From Desulfobacterales bacterium (lineage in GTDB: Bacteria > Desulfobacterota > Desulfobacteria > Desulfobacterales > UBA5852), in assembly GCA_963674755.2 (NCBI GenBank), contig CAXXVS010000002.1, positions 2,272,001 to 2,336,000 of the forward strand: 64,000 nucleotides of DNA. Reading direction: 5' to 3'. A program made the translations under genes and the position numbers. Of the stretch, positions 17,899-28,474 are shown in pieces (the stretch's first letter is position 1; each line of letters begins with the position of its first letter). The notes below the pieces were generated by a model. It saw only the letters and a list, made by a program, of their open reading frames with translations. It ran no database searches and was not told the origin of the DNA.

Positions 17899-20505
17899 AT
17901 GCAAACGCAACATCTGGGAATGATTCGACGCCATAGGTTCTGGTGCGTGGTGGGTCTGACGGTTATGCTCGGCACGCTCATGCTCACGACCGTCCCTGCG
18001 CCGGCCGCCGACAACTGGTTTGAAATGGGGCTGGCGGATCTCAAGGACCAGCACTACCAGGCCGCCGTGGACAAATTCACCAAAGCGATCGAAGCTGTCC
18101 CTAATGATTTCGAAGCCCTCAACAACCGCGGTTTCGCCCGCATTTACACCGGCGACTACGAAGGGGCCATCGATGACTGCACCCGCTCCATCGCCATTAC
18201 ACCCGGTTCGGCCAAAGCATACAACAATCGGGGCTTCGCCCGCCTGTTCATCGGTGAATTCGATGCCGCGGTCGCCGATTTCAACCAGGCCCTGACCATC
18301 AATCCCCGCTACGTGGATGCCTACAGCAACCGCTGTCTGGCCTGGACCCGCAAAGCCGACTATACCGAAGCGATCGCCGACTGCACCGAGGCCCTGCACC
18401 TCAACCCCCGCTCGGCCAAGGCGCTCTACAACCGGGGCTACGCCCAGGACCGCCAGGGGAATCCGGGCGGTGCCATGCGCGACTACATCCAGGCCCTGAA
18501 GGTGAATCCGGACTACATCGAGGTATTCAACAACATGGCCTGGATCATGGCCACCTCCCCTGACGCACGCCTGCGGGACGGGCGCCGGGCCGTGGCCTAT
18601 GCCGAAAAAGCCGCCGCTGATACCAGCGACATCAATTTCCTGGATACCCTGGCGGCGTCCTATGCCGAAAACGGACGTTTCGCCCAGGCGGTGGCCATCG
18701 AAAACCGGATCATATCGCTCCTGGCGAAAGCGCATCAGACCGACACCATGGCCCTGCACATCCAGAGGTTGAGCATCTACGAAGAGGGCCGTCCCTATCG
18801 GGAACCCATTCAAATCCAGCCGGTGAGTGCGGTTACCGATCTTCAGGGCGAACTGGCAACGCTGGACGCCCTGGTTTTCGAAACCGCTGCGACGCCGGCC
18901 GTCTATACAGCGGAGCAAACAGAAGGTTTGATCGCCGCCGCGTCCGCTGACGGCGAAGGCGGCGCCCGCCCCATGCTTCTGGCCCAGACAGAAACAAACC
19001 CTCCGGTGACGGTTCCCGAGGCCTACAACCAATCCGTCCGGACCGCGCCCGGTGAGCCGGTGGAAATCACCCTCGACGCCAAGGCCGATGGCATGCCGCT
19101 GACCTTCGAGCTCGAAACCGTGCCGTATCAAGGCAGCCTCCGGGGAACCCTGCCGCATCTGTTGTACATGCCCCGCCCCGGTTTTGAGGGCCAGGACCGC
19201 TTCACCTTCCGGGCCCGCAATGCGGTGGGCCTTTCGAACCTGGCCACCATCACCATCACGGTAGCTGAGCCAGCTCCCCCGGCGGAGGAAACCACTATCC
19301 AGGAAGAAGCTTCGGAAGCACTGCATGAGAAAGAGGTCCCATCGCCCCCACCGGCGCCGATTGAGGAGACGCCCCTGGCGGCGCCGGAGAAGGAAGCACC
19401 TGTGGCCGCTCCGCTGACGAAAGAGGCGCCGCCGGCCGAGGCCACGCCGCCGGCGTCTCCACCAAAGGCCGATCAGGACGCGGCCGCCGCGCCGTCAACA
19501 GCACCGGCACCCCCCGCCCCGGCCACGGAACCCCCACCGCCACCGGCACCTGAACCGGCAGCGGCACCGGTACCGGCCGCGAAACCTGCTCCCCAGGGCC
19601 TTTTCACCATCCAGGTACGCTCCGTGAAAGATCCCGCCGGCGCCGAGGCCGTCGTAGCCAAGCTTCATGCCGCGGGCTATAACGCCTTCAGCTACGCCGT
19701 GGAAGTGCCGGAAAAAGGCGTGTGGCACAGGGTCTTCATCAACACCTACCCCACTCCGGAAGCGGCCAAGGCCGCCCTGGAGGGGCTTGACAAGGATCGC
19801 TTCAAGGGCGCTTTTGTGCGGCGCGTACCCGGCGATGCCAGCGTGCCGGCCATGGCCCCCGATGCCAAGCCGGTCCCGCCGGCGGAAACCCCGGCCCCGC
19901 CTCCGGCGTCGCCTGCTGCCGCGCCAGCTCCCGCGCCCGTGCCACCATCCACGCCTCAAACAGCTCCCCCCGCTCCGAAGACGGCGCCGGCGACCGAAGG
20001 CGAAGCCGACAACGTCCCTGGACAGCCGGCCATTGCCGTTGCCGCGCCCCGCTTCCTTTACGCCTATCAGGTCAAGTCCTACCAGCAGAAGGAAGACGCC
20101 TTCCAACTGGGGGTGGAGCTGACCACCCAGGGCCACCGGGCCTATATCGGCCGCGGCGTCATGGGGTCCACCGGCGTGTGGTACCGGGTCTACGTCGGCT
20201 GCTACCAGACACCTGAGAAAGCGGAACAAAGCCGTGCCGACATTCGCCGGGAGGGGTTTCCGGAAGCCTTTCTGACCCCCATCGCCTTTGCCATTGCGGT
20301 TCGGCCGGACGCCGATGACCCGTCCGGCGAAACCTTGCAAAACCGCCTTATGGCCGCCGGTTTTCTTCCCTACCGCCTGCCCGCGGACAACCCTGACGGC
20401 TCATTCGCCGTCCTGGTAGGCGGTTTCCGCGAAGCCGATGACGCCAAGCAGGTATTGGCCGCTTTGAAACAGGCCGGTTTCCAAGGCAAGATCCAGCCGC
20501 GCTGA
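17899..20505 (+). CDS. Exported TPR-repeat, Ig-like and SPOR domain protein
   Basis: Signal peptide; repeated A(L/Y)xNRG TPRs; YMPRPGFEGQDRFTF Ig-like motif; Pro/Ala-rich linkers; FTIQVRS..WHRVF and YQVKS..WYRVYVG SPOR motifs. Confidence 0.85.
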   Translation: MQTQHLGMIRRHRFWCVVGLTVMLGTLMLTTVPAPAADNWFEMGLADLKDQHYQAAVDKFTKAIEAVPNDFEALNNRGFARIYTGDYEGAIDDCTRSIAITPGSAKAYNNRGFARLFIGEFDAAVADFNQALTINPRYVDAYSNRCLAWTRKADYTEAIADCTEALHLNPRSAKALYNRGYAQDRQGNPGGAMRDYIQALKVNPDYIEVFNNMAWIMATSPDARLRDGRRAVAYAEKAAADTSDINFLDTLAASYAENGRFAQAVAIENRIISLLAKAHQTDTMALHIQRLSIYEEGRPYREPIQIQPVSAVTDLQGELATLDALVFETAATPAVYTAEQTEGLIAAASADGEGGARPMLLAQTETNPPVTVPEAYNQSVRTAPGEPVEITLDAKADGMPLTFELETVPYQGSLRGTLPHLLYMPRPGFEGQDRFTFRARNAVGLSNLATITITVAEPAPPAEETTIQEEASEALHEKEVPSPPPAPIEETPLAAPEKEAPVAAPLTKEAPPAEATPPASPPKADQDAAAAPSTAPAPPAPATEPPPPPAPEPAAAPVPAAKPAPQGLFTIQVRSVKDPAGAEAVVAKLHAAGYNAFSYAVEVPEKGVWHRVFINTYPTPEAAKAALEGLDKDRFKGAFVRRVPGDASVPAMAPDAKPVPPAETPAPPPASPAAAPAPAPVPPSTPQTAPPAPKTAPATEGEADNVPGQPAIAVAAPRFLYAYQVKSYQQKEDAFQLGVELTTQGHRAYIGRGVMGSTGVWYRVYVGCYQTPEKAEQSRADIRREGFPEAFLTPIAFAIAVRPDADDPSGETLQNRLMAAGFLPYRLPADNPDGSFAVLVGGFREADDAKQVLAALKQAGFQGKIQPR

Positions 20506-20793
20506 CGGCACCGCACAGGGGATCGGATCTCCCCCATGACCGGTTCTCCATGGGCGCCGGCCGCGGACCACCAGGCCATCCCCCATCCCCAATGACGCCG
20601 CACGATATTGACAAGCCCTTCCGCCGGTTATATCTCAGTTCCTTTCACCGCCCTTCAGGTACCACCTGAATAGCGGTTTCTCTTTCAGCCTGATAAGGGG
20701 TGCCGACGTTGCGGCCACAGTGCCCAACCCACCACAAGGTTTCGTGATTCCATCGTTGACCACAACCCGTTCAACGCCAGTAAAGGGGGCGTC

Positions 20794-21552
20794 ATGCTCA
20801 AGATCGACAATCTCCACGTCAATGTAGGGGGCAAGGAGGTCCTCAAAGGGATCGATCTGCACATTGCGGAGGGGGAAACCTTCATCCTTTTCGGACCCAA
20901 CGGTTCGGGCAAGACCACGCTGCTCATGACCCTGATGGGCTTCTCCGGCTATGAGGTCACCGGGGGGACCATCCTGTTCCGCGGCCAGGACATTACCCGC
21001 ATGCCCACCTTCGAACGGGCGCGCCTGGGAATCGGTATGTCCTTCCAGCGGCCACCGACCATTTCCGGCCTGAAAACCCGCCATCTGGTGCAGATGTGCA
21101 GCCGCGGGCGGGACGTGGACATCGAGCACATGGCCCGGCAGGTCCACTTCGAGTCGTTTCTGGAACGCGACATCAATTCCGGCTTTTCCGGCGGCGAGAT
21201 CAAGCGTTCCGAGCTGTTGCAGCTCATGGCGCAAAACCCCCGGCTCGTGCTCTTCGACGAACCCGAGTCCGGCGTGGACCTGGAAAACATGAAACTCATC
21301 GGCCGGACCGTGCGCATGCTGCTGCAGGGCGAAATCCAGCCCCGGGCCGATACCCCCATGAAGGCGCTCAAGGCCAAGGTCAACACCGCGGGACTGATCA
21401 TCACCCATACGGGCTACATCCTGGACTATGTCAACGCCGACCGGGGCCATGTCATGTATGACGGCATCCTGTGCTGCGAGGCCCGGCCCAGGGATATTTT
21501 GGAGCACATTGCCCAGTTCGGCTACAAGGAGTGCGTGCGATGTCTAAATTAG
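20794..21552 (+). CDS. sufC: Fe-S assembly ABC-type ATPase, SufC/SmsC-like
   Basis: GPNGSGKT, ERARLGI, FSGGEIKRSE, DEPESGVD, ITH, C-terminal CVRC. Confidence 0.88.
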   Translation: MLKIDNLHVNVGGKEVLKGIDLHIAEGETFILFGPNGSGKTTLLMTLMGFSGYEVTGGTILFRGQDITRMPTFERARLGIGMSFQRPPTISGLKTRHLVQMCSRGRDVDIEHMARQVHFESFLERDINSGFSGGEIKRSELLQLMAQNPRLVLFDEPESGVDLENMKLIGRTVRMLLQGEIQPRADTPMKALKAKVNTAGLIITHTGYILDYVNADRGHVMYDGILCCEARPRDILEHIAQFGYKECVRCLN

Positions 21553-22721
21553 AGCAAACCGCCCCATCCGATATCGATTTGAAGGCCTATTCTTTCGAGG
21601 GGAGCGATGCCCCCCTTCTGCCGGACCTTCGCGAAGTGAACCCGGAGGACCGGCAGCAGCTGCGTATGGCCGGTGTGGATGTCGACGAGGCCGAACGCAG
21701 CGGGACCTTTCTCCAGTTCGATCGAACCCAGGTGCACTGCCGGACCAGCGATCCCGGCGTGGAGATCCTGGGCATCAAGGAGGCCCTGGACCGCTACCAG
21801 GGCCTGCCGGAGTATTACTGGAAAGCTCTGACACCGGACACGGACGCCTTCACCCGGGAAGCCGCCGAAGTGATCCACGGGGGTTACTTCATCCGCACCC
21901 GCAAGGGCGCCCGGATCGCGCAACCGGTCCAGTCCTGCCTGTATATCAAGGGGCGGGACGTGGCCCAGTCCGTCCACAACGTGGTCGTGGTGGAAGAGGA
22001 CTCGGAGGTGCACATCATCACCGGGTGCGCCACGGCCCACGGCGTGCAGTCCGCCCTGCATCTCGGGATCTCCGAATTCTATGTGAAAAAGAACGGCCGC
22101 CTGACCTTCACCATGGTCCACAATTGGGGAGAGGAGGTGGCGGTCCGCCCCCGGACCGCGGTCCACGTGGAGGAAAACGGGGTCTTTGTGAGCAACTACA
22201 TCCTCCTCAAGCCGGTCCGCACCCTGCAGTCCTACCCGGCGGCCTATCTCAACGGGCGCGGCGGTGTGGCACGCTTCAATTCGATCATCGTAGCCCCCCC
22301 GGGGGCCCACGTGGACACCGGCAACAAGATCATACTCAACGCGCCGGATACCCGGGGGGAGATTATCTCCAAGACCATCACCACCGGCGGGACCATCATC
22401 GCCCGGGGCTTTATCGGCGGGAATGCCGTGCCGGCCAAGGGGCACCTGGAGTGCAAGGGGTTGATCCTGGGCAAGGGGGTCATCCACGCCATTCCGGAAC
22501 TGGTGGGGTCCGTGCCCGGCGTCGAATTGTCCCATGAGGCCGCCGTGGGCAAGATCGCCCAGGAGGAGATCGAATACCTCATGGCCCGGGGCCTGGACGA
22601 GGAGGAAGCCACCTCCACCATTGTCCGGGGCTTCCTCAATGTGGACATCATGGGGCTGCCCAAGGAATTGAAAGCCAACATCGAGAAAACCATCCAGGAA
22701 AGCGAAAAGGACATGTTCTAG
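21540..22721 (+). CDS. sufB: Fe-S assembly scaffold, SufB/SufD (SmsB-like)
   Basis: HIITGCAT, HLGISEFYV, GHLECKGL, LSHEAAVGKI..EEIEYLMARGL; overlaps the sufC stop. Confidence 0.88.
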   Translation: MSKLEQTAPSDIDLKAYSFEGSDAPLLPDLREVNPEDRQQLRMAGVDVDEAERSGTFLQFDRTQVHCRTSDPGVEILGIKEALDRYQGLPEYYWKALTPDTDAFTREAAEVIHGGYFIRTRKGARIAQPVQSCLYIKGRDVAQSVHNVVVVEEDSEVHIITGCATAHGVQSALHLGISEFYVKKNGRLTFTMVHNWGEEVAVRPRTAVHVEENGVFVSNYILLKPVRTLQSYPAAYLNGRGGVARFNSIIVAPPGAHVDTGNKIILNAPDTRGEIISKTITTGGTIIARGFIGGNAVPAKGHLECKGLILGKGVIHAIPELVGSVPGVELSHEAAVGKIAQEEIEYLMARGLDEEEATSTIVRGFLNVDIMGLPKELKANIEKTIQESEKDMF

Positions 22722-22815
22722 TGATGGCGGATCGACGCGGCCACCGACCTGCGAGCCAGCCGCACCGGTGCCGTCCGCGCCGCAACCGGCCCAATCGACA
22801 GACCTGGAGGCGCCC

Positions 22816-23238
22816 ATGATGTCCGTTACGCTGAATCCCATCGGAACCGCCCACACGGATGCGGCCAGCATTCCCCGCCACTGGACAGTGTCGGACGTGG
22901 AGGGCACCATAGTGATCGATCCCGAATATACCGAGGGGCTCGCGGACATCGCCGCGGGCCAGCGCATCGTCGTGCTGTTTCATTTCCATCAAAGCCCCCC
23001 TTTCACGAAGGACTTTTTGAAACAGACCCCGCCCCATCGCGGGCAATCGATGGGGGTCTTCAGCATCTGCTCCCCCCGGCGGCCCAATCCCATCGGGCTG
23101 TCGGTGCTGGAAGTCGTGGCGCGGGAAGACAATGTGCTGCGGGTGCGTCATATGGACATGCGCGACGGCACCCCCATCCTCGACATCAAACCCCTCGTGA
23201 CCGGCGAAGAGACCCTGCCGAGCCACGCGCAGGCGTGA
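22816..23238 (+). CDS. tsaA: tRNA t6A37 N6-methyltransferase TrmO/TsaA family
   Basis: GVFSICSPRRPNPIGLS, DGTPILDIKP. Confidence 0.88.
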   Translation: MMSVTLNPIGTAHTDAASIPRHWTVSDVEGTIVIDPEYTEGLADIAAGQRIVVLFHFHQSPPFTKDFLKQTPPHRGQSMGVFSICSPRRPNPIGLSVLEVVAREDNVLRVRHMDMRDGTPILDIKPLVTGEETLPSHAQA

Positions 23239-23409
23239 GGCACCTCCCGAATAGCAGGAGACCCCCGGCAATTTTTCCGGAAAGCGTTGGAACGCCTTTG
23301 ATGGTTAAGAGTTGACCCCTTTGTCCCGCACCGAGCACCCTCTCCGGGTTCTCCACCAGCGATGGGGGTTGAGACAAAAAACAATGCTGCTTCTTCCGTG
23401 GAGAATCGT

Positions 23410-24507
23410 ATGAAAAAAGCTTTGGGGGCGCTGACCCTGTTCCTGATCGTTGTAGCGGCCTACCTGTGCTTCTGGCCGGTGCCGGTCGATCCGGTGCGCT
23501 GGCAGGCCCCGGCTTCTCCGGGCTACACCGGTGTCCACACCCCCAACGACCGTCTGGCGGATCTGGAAATGATCCCCCTGGGAAAAGAGGAAGGCCCGGA
23601 GCACATCGTCCTGGCCGGCGACGGCAGGCTCTACGCGGCCGTGGCCAGCGGCGCTATTCTGCGGATGGCGCCGGACGGCACAGACCAGGAGGTGTTCGTG
23701 AATACCGGGGGCCGGGTGCTGGGCTTCGACTTCGACGCGGCCGGCAACCTGATTGCGGCCGATGCGATCAAGGGCCTGCTGTCCATCAGTCCCCAGGGGA
23801 AGATCACGGTCCTGGCCGATCAGGTGGACGGCGCGCCGATCCGCTACGCCAACGCCGTGGTGGTGGCCGCGGACGGCGCCATCTACTTCAGCGACGCCTC
23901 CACCCGTTTCGCACCGGCTGCCTGGGGCGGCACCCTCGAAGCCTGCATCCTGGACCTGATGGAGCAGTCCTGCACCGGGCGCATCCTGGCCTACGACCCG
24001 GCCACCCGGAAAACACGCATCCTGGCCAGAGGCCTAAGCTTCGCCAACGGCGTGGCCCTTTCCCGGGACGGGCAATTTCTCTTCGTCAATGAAACCGGCC
24101 GCTACCGCGTGTGGAAGATCGCCGTGGCGGCCGAGGACCTCGACGTACGCCAGGGATCCCCCCTGGCCACTGTCCTGCTGGACAACCTGCCCGGCTACCC
24201 GGACAACCTCATGCGCGGCCTGGACGGGAAGATTTGGCTGGGCTTCGCTAAACCGCGCAATCCCACCGTCGACATACTGGCGGACAAACCCTTCCTGCGC
24301 AAACTTACCCTGCGCCTGCCGCGCGCCCTGTGGCCCGTACCCCGGCCCTACGGTCATGTGATCGCCTTCACCGAAGAAGGCCGGATCGTGGCCGATCTCC
24401 AGGACCCCACAGGGGCCTACCCCGAAACCACAGCCGTCACCGAGACCCGCAACCGGTTGTACGTGCAAAGCCTCCACGCCGATTCCATCGGGTGGCTGCC
24501 GCGCTGA
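23410..24507 (+). CDS. Strictosidine synthase / SMP-30-gluconolactonase family beta-propeller
   Basis: GPEHI, GGRVLG, IYFSDAS, GLSFANGVALS, NLPGYPDNL. Confidence 0.9.
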   Translation: MKKALGALTLFLIVVAAYLCFWPVPVDPVRWQAPASPGYTGVHTPNDRLADLEMIPLGKEEGPEHIVLAGDGRLYAAVASGAILRMAPDGTDQEVFVNTGGRVLGFDFDAAGNLIAADAIKGLLSISPQGKITVLADQVDGAPIRYANAVVVAADGAIYFSDASTRFAPAAWGGTLEACILDLMEQSCTGRILAYDPATRKTRILARGLSFANGVALSRDGQFLFVNETGRYRVWKIAVAAEDLDVRQGSPLATVLLDNLPGYPDNLMRGLDGKIWLGFAKPRNPTVDILADKPFLRKLTLRLPRALWPVPRPYGHVIAFTEEGRIVADLQDPTGAYPETTAVTETRNRLYVQSLHADSIGWLPR

Positions 24508-24558
24508 GGAAACCTGTTTCCGCTATTCTTTCTGACCGCAGCGCTTGTATCCCTGCAG

Positions 24559-24602
24559 AAAAAAAAGAGCACCGGCGCCCTGGCATTGCCACGGCGCCGG
24601 TG
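24559..24602 (-). terminator. Rho-independent terminator of the ald operon
   Basis: CACCGGCGCCGTGGC-AAT-GCCAGGGCGCCGGTG hairpin followed by a T-run on the minus strand. Confidence 0.75.
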
Positions 24603-24632
24603 TCTTCCAGCGAAGATGTTTATTGGAAGGCG

Positions 24633-25745
24633 TTAAATCAGGGTATCGGCATCCACGTAGTCCAGCCCGAAAGCCTCGGCCACCCCCCGGAAGGTTACCT
24701 TGCCGGCCACGATGTTCAACCCCAGCCGGATTTCCTTGTTCTCCACACTGGCCCGCTGCCAGCCCTTGTTGGCGATCTCCACCGCGTAGGGCAGGGTGGC
24801 GTTGGTCAGCGCCAGGGTCGAGGTCTTGGCCACCGCCCCGGGCATATTGGCCACGCAGTATACCAGGACCCCATCCTGCGTGAACACCGGGTCGGTGTGG
24901 GTCGTGGCCCGTGAACATTCGAAGCAGCCCCCCTGGTCGATGGCCACATCCACCAGCACCGCCCCCTTCTTCATGTCCTTGAGCATGTCGTTGGTCACCA
25001 AACGCGGCGCCTTGGCCCCCGGAATCAGCACCGCCCCCACCACCAGGTCGGCCTCCTTCAGAAGCGCGCGAATGGTGGCCGGGCTCGACATCAACGGAAA
25101 GCAGTTGGGCGGCATGACGTCGCTCAAATACCGCAGACGGTTGAGGCTCATATCCAGGATATACACCTTGGCCCCCAGACCGCAGGCCATCTTGGCCGCA
25201 TTGGTCCCCACCACGCCACCGCCGATGATCACCACCGTGGCCGGATCCACGCCCGGCACACCGCTCAACAATACCCCCTGACCGCCCTGGGGCATCTCCA
25301 GGTATTTGGCCCCTTCCTGGATCGCCATACGCCCCGCCACTTCGCTCATGGGCGTCAAAAGCGGCAGGGAGCGATCCGCCTTCTGGATGGTCTCATAGGC
25401 GATGCCGATGCAACCGCTCTTGAGCATGGCATGGGTCAGTTCCTCGGCCGCCGCCAGGTGCAGATAGGTGAAGACAATCTGCCCCGGCCGGATCAGGTCG
25501 TATTCCGATGGCAGGGGTTCCTTGACATGCATCACCATCGCGGCGCGCTCGTAAACCTCCTGGGGGGTGGCCACTATCTCGGCCCCGGCCGCCGCATAGG
25601 CATCATCGGCAAACCCGCTGCCGATGCCGGCCCCCTTTTCCACCAGCACCGCATGGCCGTTCATCTTCATCACTTCCACACCGGCCGGCGTCATGCACAC
25701 CCGGTTCTCTTCCGTCTTGATCTCTTTCAGTATCCCGACGATCAT
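24633..25745 (-). CDS. ald: Alanine dehydrogenase
   Basis: KEIK.EENRV, FTYLHLAA, LPLLTPMSEVAGR, GGGVVG, VDVAIDQGGC, VANMPGAV. Confidence 0.96.
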   Translation of the reverse strand: MIVGILKEIKTEENRVCMTPAGVEVMKMNGHAVLVEKGAGIGSGFADDAYAAAGAEIVATPQEVYERAAMVMHVKEPLPSEYDLIRPGQIVFTYLHLAAAEELTHAMLKSGCIGIAYETIQKADRSLPLLTPMSEVAGRMAIQEGAKYLEMPQGGQGVLLSGVPGVDPATVVIIGGGVVGTNAAKMACGLGAKVYILDMSLNRLRYLSDVMPPNCFPLMSSPATIRALLKEADLVVGAVLIPGAKAPRLVTNDMLKDMKKGAVLVDVAIDQGGCFECSRATTHTDPVFTQDGVLVYCVANMPGAVAKTSTLALTNATLPYAVEIANKGWQRASVENKEIRLGLNIVAGKVTFRGVAEAFGLDYVDADTLI

Positions 25746-25766
25746 GATCGTTTTATACCTTCCGTA

Positions 25767-26273
25767 TTAGATCTGTCCCGTCAACTTCAGCACTGCCTGG
25801 GCAATGGCCGCGGACATCACATAGGATCCCACGAAACTGAGGCAGGCCACGATAACAATCTTCCACCCGGCACTTTTGAAGAGTTTCAACTCATTTCTCG
25901 CAATGGCGAATCCGGCGTATGCCAGCACCGGGGTCGCCATCGGCAGCAAAGCGACCGCGGTTGTATATTTGATCACAAAATCATGGGTCGGCATCCAGGG
26001 GAGCGAAACAACGATCAGGACCACGGATACCCACAAAACCGCAGGCCACCCAAGCCCGACTTTTTTGGTCAGAACTAGGCCAAGGACCGTGAAAACATAC
26101 AAGATGGCATAGCCGATGAGCATGTCCCCCAGATGGGCTGTTTTGGCCGTGCTGATCCCCATGGGGGCATAGAAGTTAGCCGCCTGAGCCACCATGGAGA
26201 TGACGGCGAAAATAATCAAAAACGCGGACCATTCGATAATACTGAACGAAGGCTTATTGGTTTGTGTTGCCAT
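25767..26273 (-). CDS. Membrane protein, DUF3100 partner
   Basis: Five hydrophobic segments, TPVLAYAG motif; follows the DUF3100 gene. Confidence 0.8.
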   Translation of the reverse strand: MATQTNKPSFSIIEWSAFLIIFAVISMVAQAANFYAPMGISTAKTAHLGDMLIGYAILYVFTVLGLVLTKKVGLGWPAVLWVSVVLIVVSLPWMPTHDFVIKYTTAVALLPMATPVLAYAGFAIARNELKLFKSAGWKIVIVACLSFVGSYVMSAAIAQAVLKLTGQI

Positions 26274-26303
26274 AATGATCTCCCACTTTGAAAAGACGGT
26301 TTC

Positions 26304-27122
26304 CTATTTGCGGCCGAACTTTGCATACATCCACTCGGTAAGCGGAATTCCCAGATAAATGGACATATACATGCCGGTGGCCGTGGTAATCAGGTTGCTT
26401 GCGGCCGCATAGGCCATGACCAGATCGGCCTGTTCGGGCGACACCAGTTCTTTTACGGTCGCGGCGGCCGCCGTCATCATGCTGGCCGATCCAACCCCGG
26501 AAGCCATACCCAGGGCATAGGGGTGGAAAATGTTCAACGACGCAAAAATCGACCCCATGAAGCTGAAAAACAGGGCGCCGATGACCGTGCCCACGATATA
26601 GGTTCCCATGGCGCCGATCCCTTCCGGGCTTTGCAAGCCCCATTTTTCGGAGGCCAGGGCCAGGGAAGGTTCCCGGCAAACCGAAAACGAAGCACCAATA
26701 GACTCCCGCCCCATCCGCAATACAAGGACGGCAATCGGCAGCGTGATCAAGATGCTTCCCAGATTGCCGAACTCCTGGAGCACCATTGCCAGTCCGCCTT
26801 TAATGATTTTGTCCATATTGGCACCGACAAGAACAGCCAGTTTGGCAATAAACAGAATGATGCCGATTGTGATGCAGGGGGTGGCGGCCTTTTGTTCGAA
26901 GGTGCCGATGATCTTGCCGAAACCTTTGAAATAGTTTTCCGTCATGGACGGGTTCAGGAACAGCGCTATCAAAAACGCGTAAACAAACGGGATCAGCAGC
27001 AATACGGCCGGCCCGACTTTGAATTTTTGCAGCCCCAGCAATTCCGCAATCACGCTGATAACCAAAACGGCTAAATGCAGTTTGTATTCGCGGGCCTTGG
27101 CCACCCATACACTTTCCTTCAT
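26304..27122 (-). CDS. DUF3100 family membrane protein (putative transporter)
   Basis: LQEFGNLG, MGRESIGASFSVCREP, SPEG.G..GTY.VGT, ALGMASGVGSASMM. Confidence 0.88.
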   Translation of the reverse strand: MKESVWVAKAREYKLHLAVLVISVIAELLGLQKFKVGPAVLLLIPFVYAFLIALFLNPSMTENYFKGFGKIIGTFEQKAATPCITIGIILFIAKLAVLVGANMDKIIKGGLAMVLQEFGNLGSILITLPIAVLVLRMGRESIGASFSVCREPSLALASEKWGLQSPEGIGAMGTYIVGTVIGALFFSFMGSIFASLNIFHPYALGMASGVGSASMMTAAAATVKELVSPEQADLVMAYAAASNLITTATGMYMSIYLGIPLTEWMYAKFGRK

Positions 27123-27218
27123 TGATAACCTCCTGTCTTCCGAATAAGGGATTTGCGATCCTGCAGGCCGAGCCGTCGACTCTACAGGACTTTCCTAAAC
27201 CCCTGACAAAGCACACCT

Positions 27219-28406
27219 TCAGCCCAAAAGATCGAGAACCGTCCAGAGATACATCCGGGCTGCGTCAACGAGTTGTTCGACCGCAACAAATTCACAGGTG
27301 CTATGAGCTTGGTTGATCGAGCCCGGCCCGCATACAACGGTGGGGAACCCCATATGGGGGGCATCCGACCCGGCCACAAACGCCGTCGCTTCCGTGGGCC
27401 GCCCGCATACCTGGCGGTAGGCGCCTAACAAGGATTGGACCACCGGTTCCTCGAGCGCAATATCATTCGGAGGAATGAGCCAGGAGGGTTCGGTGATCTC
27501 ATAGCGGAATCCCGGGTCCTCCGCTTTCAGGCCGTCAAGCCGGCGCTGGAATTCGGCATAGACCTGCTCTTTGCTTTCACCCGGCAGTGTGCGGCGATCG
27601 ACCTCGAGGGCGCAGGTGTCGGGCACCATGTTCACTTGGACACCGCCTTTGATGACGCCGGGATTGAAGCGGCCGTGACCGCAAAGCGGATGGGGGGTCT
27701 GGGTCAACAGCGCTGCGTTGTAGTCCGCAAAGGCCCGGATGACGGACGCCATCCGGATAATCGCATTTTCACCCTCTTCGGGAACGCTGGAGTGCGCCGC
27801 CCGTCCGAAGGTCCGGATGAAGGTGCTCACCCGGCCCTTGTTGGCCGGACAGACGCTAAGGTCCGTGGGCTCGCCGATAATGCCCTGATCGGCAAGGGGC
27901 CCGTTGCGGCCCACATCCTGGCTGCCATGCATCTGATATTCCTCATCGGCGATACCCGCGATGATCAAATGGCCTTTGAGCTTCTTACCGCTTTCTTTTA
28001 ACAGGCGGGCGATTTCGAGGTAGGCGGCCAAACCGGCTTTCATGTCGCAAGCCCCCCGGCCATAGACGCGCCCCTGCTTTTCCTCCACGCGATAGGCATC
28101 TTCGTAGCCATCGGTGCGTGCGGTATCCATGTGGCCGGCAAGCATGAGCCGAGGCCCAGGGCCCTCCCCCGCCAGGAAACCGAAAACATTGGGGCGATCC
28201 GGGAGAACCTCCTTGACGGTCACGTCCATACCCAGTTCAGCCATGTGATCGGCCAAATACTCGCCCATCTCCTTTTCGCGGTAACCCGGACGCGGGGCTT
28301 CATCAAACGGGTTTTCGCTTTTGATAGCCACCATGTCCTTCAGTCTTGCCGTCAAGAAAGCCTGATCGACTTGAGCAGCGAGCTCGTTGAAACGTCCTTC
28401 ATCCAT
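27219..28406 (-). CDS. M20 metallo-amidohydrolase (ArgE/DapE-like)
   Basis: GHMDT, YGRGACDMKAG, ADEE, GEPT, GRAAHSS, GPGSINQAH. Confidence 0.92.
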   Translation of the reverse strand: MDEGRFNELAAQVDQAFLTARLKDMVAIKSENPFDEAPRPGYREKEMGEYLADHMAELGMDVTVKEVLPDRPNVFGFLAGEGPGPRLMLAGHMDTARTDGYEDAYRVEEKQGRVYGRGACDMKAGLAAYLEIARLLKESGKKLKGHLIIAGIADEEYQMHGSQDVGRNGPLADQGIIGEPTDLSVCPANKGRVSTFIRTFGRAAHSSVPEEGENAIIRMASVIRAFADYNAALLTQTPHPLCGHGRFNPGVIKGGVQVNMVPDTCALEVDRRTLPGESKEQVYAEFQRRLDGLKAEDPGFRYEITEPSWLIPPNDIALEEPVVQSLLGAYRQVCGRPTEATAFVAGSDAPHMGFPTVVCGPGSINQAHSTCEFVAVEQLVDAARMYLWTVLDLLG

Positions 28407-28474
28407 TCAGCGCTCCCCTCTTTTGTGCTCGTTGGTTGATCCTGTTTGTTCCGTTGGTCTTCAAAAGAGCGTTC

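Noticed and set aside
19270..20000. Low-complexity GC-rich repeats
   Set aside because: They encode Pro/Ala linkers of the SPOR protein.
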